Shown in pieces: positions 58,955 to 64,000 of a stretch of 64,000 bases of DNA. Every line of letters starts with the position of its first letter. Within the stretch, counting starts at the first letter, position 1. Position numbers and translations under genes: made by a program. A model generated the notes under the pieces. It was given only the letters and a program-made list of their open reading frames with translations. It made no database searches and was not told the origin of the DNA. The stretch comes from Oopsacas minuta (Eukaryota > Animalia > Porifera). The stretch covers positions 1,027,353 through 1,091,352 of the forward strand of contig JAKMXF010000299.1 in assembly GCA_024704765.1 (NCBI GenBank), in the 5' to 3' direction.

Positions 58955-59779
58955 CTAATCAACTCTACTATAGACAGGTCGTTTTTGTAATACCGATCTG
59001 ATAGAGCTTTTGAACTTGCCTCCATTACAAACATATACAAGGATGTGTATTTTTCTTTTATCTGATCCTCTGCTTTAGATTAGTACAACGTGTACGGTTA
59101 GCCTAGGGTGTGAGGTAGGTCAAGGGTAGTTCTTCAGTAACCTCTTTCCTTACAGCCTCATACAGTCTATTTGCATTTAAATGACCCTGTTCGTCAGCTA
59201 TGAGGCTAAGAATGAGAGTGTTGATCCATTCCTTTATCTGTCAAACCTTCTTCCTTTCCTTGATGTAAGACATGTAAAGGTATAGTGGCCTGAAGAAGAT
59301 TTTGGATAACTCTGAGGTACTAATAATTCTAAAAGGTCTCAAGGTTGCGTAGAGAGGAATCAGCTTTCTTTTTGTTGTTGGCAGTAGGGAATTGTTACTT
59401 ATGTGTAATTAGATTTGGTGGAAATCTCTTTAATTTTAGGGAGCATTATTTTCTTTTAATTAGATAATTGGACTATAATGGACATAAGATTTCTTCCAAA
59501 TATATATTCCAGGTTCTTTCTGGATATCTACAATATTACCCAGTTTTTATAGATATAACATAAACAGGTTTTTCGAGGATTGGATCAGCATTGTATATTG
59601 GTCATTAACTTTTGCGTTCCAGTTTGCCAAGTGACTGTTTGTGCTTTTGCTGTGAGAATTTGGGTATATACAATTATTAGCTATCTCGATTTTGGAAATG
59701 ATTGTAATTGCTATCGTGTTATGAGTGAATTATGACAAACAAGTGCAATCCATAGTATCAGCTGAAATCAAGAACTAGG

Positions 59780-60560
59780 CAACTTTATCATTAGCATTTT
59801 TGAGTTCGAATCGATTATCAGAGTACTGTCATTATTTCGAATTTCATGGATTGACATAGGGTCGAATTGCGTGTGTCGGCGTTAGGTAGAATAAAATTGT
59901 ATGCATTAGGTTAAATTTTGATGTTGTCGATATATCAAATTCTAAATTAGCTATGTTTTCGATAGGTCGAGTTCAATTTTAGCTATGTGTCGATAGATCA
60001 AATTTATGTTAGCTATGTATATCTCTTGTCTATGGCCATTTCATATTTCGGAGACGCTGAATGCTTGGACAAATTGTACAAAACCTACATAAACGTTTTA
60101 AAGCTAAAAAGATGCAACAACCCGAGATTTTTGCAAACTTGTCTAATAATTAATCCAAAAAGTCCATCCAAACACAAAATTAGCATGGAGTGCACATCCC
60201 CGCCCCTAGGTAGTTAATAACGAGTACAAATGAAAACTTCCATACCCATAAGGTGGTGAACTGAATCCCTAATCCCCACCCAACGCTACGAGTTTATACT
60301 TAATACAGCACAAGTCCTGTTATGTCCTCGTTTCTATAAATCCATTTTTTCTATATCGATTTATCGATAACATAGTTACTATAAATTCGATCTATCGATA
60401 ACATGGCTGGAATAGAATTCGATCTATCAACAACAACAAATTTCGACCCTAATGCATACATATTTAATTCGATCTAATGCTAACACACGGAATTCGACCT
60501 AATGCCAGTACCATAATTCGAACTAACGACAGTTCAACAAATTCAAGCTAATGCAGGTAC
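59780..60560. repeat. Degenerate foldback element built of ATCGAT/TCGA-rich units of about 30 bp
   Basis: About 59840-60020 aligns imperfectly with the reverse complement of about 60345-60510 (GTCGAATT.CGTGTGT, TATGCATTAGG, GCTATGTT.TCGATAG). Confidence 0.6.
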
Positions 60561-60569
60561 AAGGGTAAC

Positions 60570-61538
60570 ATTGAATACCCGATTCAGTAACCAACGTACG
60601 AAAGATAGCTTTTCAAAAGCTCTGCCTCAATTTAACTGGACTTCATTGAACTTGCAGCCAGCATATGAACAAAAATGTGAATTTTCTAAAATTCTTTATC
60701 AGATCTAACTAACCAGTATCTCCAAACCAGACAGGTCAGACGTCATGCATCTGATAAATCATCAGTTACTGATAATTTCCGCTAACTCATTATTCACCGT
60801 CAACGAGCCTTCATGTATCGTAACTTGAAGGAGTATTGTATCCTACGTACAAAGTGATCAGTACTGCTAATACCATCAGCTCGTCTTACTATCCTGAACA
60901 ACCAAGCTCTTGGTGTAACTGTGACTCGCATGTTTAGTGGAAACATACCAAACCCTAACTGGTCATGGAAAATGTGGTGATCTGGAACCCTCCGCTAGAT
61001 TGCCGAGTACCTCCAAACTCTCCCGTCGACACTGACACAGGTACAATGCTGCTTACTAGGATAAAGGTCACAAAGCTATAAGCCCTGTTAATATTCATGG
61101 TTGGATTCTCCGAGGCCAAGATTTCACTTTAGAGCACCAGGTATGTATTATCATCAATGCATACATGCAAGAGGGTTTCTTGCGATTAATTTGGAAATGC
61201 ACCAATGTTATACCTATCCCTAAAAGTACCTCCTCGAACTATTGATAAGGATTTGAGGCCAATTTCATTTACTGCCGTACTGTCGAAACCATTAGAGCGA
61301 ATCAGAGGAGGGACTTTGCTGCTATATGCCATCTATGCACTTGTTGATATGGTCCACACTTTGCTCCCGGCAGTGGAGAGGAAGCCTCACAGTGGAGTAC
61401 CTTAAGGCTTTCGATCATGTGGACCACAAAGTATTTATCGCCAGATGTAAAAGCTCGACCTCCAATTTTATCATTCGATGCTTATGTGCCTTTTATCGAA
61501 TTGATCCCAAAGGTTGAGGCTTGATCAGGATTAGTCTG
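60570..61538 (+). mobile_element. Non-LTR retrotransposon (CR1/L2/Jockey-like) ORF2 relic
   Basis: WK..NVIPIPK, IDKDLRPISFTAVLSKPLER, YALVDMVH, YLKAFDHVDH reverse-transcriptase motifs; frameshifted. Confidence 0.75.
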
Positions 61539-63645
61539 CAAAGGCGTCGATCGCACAATTTATTGGGAGGGCAAAATATTTTATTAATACGAAATTATAG
61601 CTAAGAACTATTAAATAATTTCAATAATAGACAATACCATTTTGCATTATCATGCTTCTGAACAGAAAACCTTTCTTCTTGTTTCATTTTTCGTGATGAA
61701 TTTATTCACCAATTTATCTATATCTAGTTGGTCTACTTCTCATGGTATGTAGATAGGATGAGGAGCGAATTGAGTCTTCTTTGAGTCATTGTACTCCTTA
61801 AATGTGATTTTAAACGACGCAATTGACTAAAAGATCTCTCTACAGTTGTTATAGAGGCTGGGCAGACAAGATAAAACTTTATTATTTTCACCACCATTGG
61901 TAATAAATGTTTCATTTGCTTGTATCAATCAATTTTATGATATTACAAACAGAAGCATTGTGGTTGTCATTCCTCTATGGTTCATTTTCTTAACATAGAA
62001 GTTCCGCTTCAAAGAGTCTTTGATCTAAATGATCATAATGTTTACACACAAGTTTAAAGTCATCTAAATTGATCGCAACTCCTTTCCAACTATCAACTAT
62101 AATGTGTTCGATTTTTTCTAGTACTGATATTTATTTGTTCGTTATGGGACATCGTAAAGTATCACAAGCATGAGGAAGAACTTGATTGTATATTGGCTGA
62201 TAGTATTCTTCTGGTGTATTGAAAATAGTTTTACTAGGGAGATCAAATCGAATTGGAGGACGTCTTTGATGTGGAAGTTTTGCAGATCCCGTTCCGTGTT
62301 CTATACAAAAATGTTGCACATTTGACCAGAGTAATTTAAATTTTTCTTCACACTCCATTGATTCTAAATAGAGATGGCATATTTAACCAATGAATTTCAT
62401 TCTCAGACTGAAACATCTTTAGACTATAACTGTTTGCTTAACATATCTGTTATTTCAAATAGCTTGAGTGATAAGCATAGAGCAAAACATGTATCAAATT
62501 CTGTTAACCGCTTAATATAACCACTTCCTTTTGATTTAATCCTACTTTCACGGTTTGTATGTTTATCTCTTCCAATGCATCAAAATTACATCTAATTGTT
62601 GATAAAATCCAGAAAGCGCAGAATATTTTACGTGAATCGTGTAGGGCAAAGAGGTCTTATGTGAGTCTGCGACAGTCTAACTACAGTGCAATCTTATGTA
62701 CAATAGCACATCGTTTTTGAGAGTTTCTAAGAAATATGATAAGATCATTTGCTAAATGTAGAAAGTCGTGCATTATAGGGACTGTTTTAACTATCTCTTG
62801 AACTGCGAGATTAACAAAGTGAATACGGCAGTGAGTTAGTATGGCGCTTGGAGCTATGTATGATATTCGGACGCCAACACCCGTTAATTGACCACTGAAT
62901 GTTGATGCACCATCAAATGTTAATCCAAAACAGTTATGAAGGCTAATGTTCAGGCAAGAAGGGAATCATTTATTGCGAGATATCCTGATTGGGCATCGCA
63001 TTTTTCAAGAGCATAAAAACCGAAAACATTTTCTTTTGTAGATAAGTCGCTGTTCACAAAACGCAGACAAATGCTTAGTTGTTCTATTTAAGATATATCT
63101 GAAGTTTCACCTGCAATTAAACCGTATACTTCACAATTGGGAACTTCTGCGAATGACAGAACAATATCATGTGCCATTATCTCCAGTATTTCCTCTTGAA
63201 TTCAATTTATGTCCAAGTTATTTTTTTGAAGCCATGTCTGCAAATCTTTGGAATCCGAAGTTCGTAAAGTAAGAGCTGCTTGAAATTCGACTCAAAGTCA
63301 ACATGTCCATGTGCAGGTAGTCCTTGACGTGCTAAGTATCATAAACTGGTAAATATCCGTTTAAGAGACTCTCTTGCAGTTTCTATCTTTTAATTGTTGA
63401 TTAGAAATTTTATCAATAATACTTTCAGGGGATTTCATGTTTGTATATTTCACCATATATGAACGATGAGTTAGAGATGTTTCTTGAGTCTTGAATTTTT
63501 CTAAAGCTTTTTTCCAATTCTTAAAGCCTTTAGAAATACATGCTTCTTCGCTTTTGCTGCTACGAATTGAATCAATTGAGGATGCTTGTCTGCAAGTATG
63601 ACAAAAGGCTGCATTTAGATGAACATCCCATTCTAACCATGGGTA
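61539..63645 (-). mobile_element. hAT (TTF-finger/DUF4371, ZMYM1-like) transposon relic
   Basis: YPWLEWDVHLNAAFCHTCR and GFKNWKKALEKF (TTF finger), LPHQRRPPIRF, CPASITTVERSFSQLRRLKSHLRSTMTQRRLN; hAT-like end CAAAGGCGTCGATC at 61539. Confidence 0.82.
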
Positions 63646-64000
63646 CTGTATTTCCCTGAATAAGCGCCCCGGCGCTTATTTTTTTCGTGCACATGAAACT
63701 CCAGGCCCTTATTTTGAGGAAGATGATAGAAATTAGTTTTCCCTAATTAAATAGGTAGTATCTAATAATACATTGATGAAGTTAGTACTATATAAAAGCT
63801 ACGTAACAATGTAGTGCATTTATAAGGATCATCCTGGACCTCCTCACACAAATTTTCGTCATCTAGGATAACAATTTGATTTAGTTCATCTTGTTCAAAG
63901 TCTAGTTCGTGCGGGTTTTCAGACTTGTCATCCATACCGTTGTTTATGGTCAGTTCTTCTAATTTCTGAACTAGCTCATCACGCTTGCTGAAAAGTATCC
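63646..64000 (-). mobile_element. pogo-like element end inserted at TA in the hAT TTF finger; runs off the window
   Basis: TA (63644-45) + CTGTATTTCCCTGAATAAGCGCC pogo-type TIR; acidic tail ELDFEQDELNQIVILDDENLCEEVQDD on the minus strand. Confidence 0.55.

Noticed and set aside
23218-60217. Most other 60-110 aa ORFs in the track (e.g. 24639, 28362, 29550, 32799, 37128, 49477, 56727, 59987)
   Set aside because: Antisense or out-of-frame shadows of transposases, MITEs or AT-rich DNA with F/I/L/N/K/Y-biased composition and no recognisable motifs.

Overview
AT-rich eukaryotic (animal-like) genomic DNA; no prokaryotic operons, rRNA or CRISPR. Three host genes are recognisable: an intronless CREB3-family membrane-anchored bZIP factor (16802-17899, minus), an intronless LMBRD2 (43541-45634, minus) and the first coding exon of CCDC93 (53253-53463, plus), whose remainder is not found in the window. 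Most of the rest is decayed, often nested transposons: a Helitron interrupted by a Chapaev3-type element, a TIR-bounded Ginger/GIN-like integrase element, Tc1/mariner elements (DD34D, DD37D, DD37E spacing), hAT, MULE-like, Transib/RAG1-like, pogo, a LINE fragment and many MITEs, plus a 58-bp minisatellite and several pseudogenes. The most striking pattern is repeated carriage of deubiquitinase-like cysteine-protease domains by unrelated transposons: OTU on the Helitron, OTU on a MULE-like relic, and a USP-like papain-fold protease on the integrase element. A second, intron-containing homologue of that USP-like protease lies at about 20-23.9 kb and is invisible in the ORF track. Intron-poor genes plus NHL-repeat relics would fit an early-branching animal such as a glass sponge, but that is unverified inference. 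All family assignments come from manual translation and motif recognition, not database searches.
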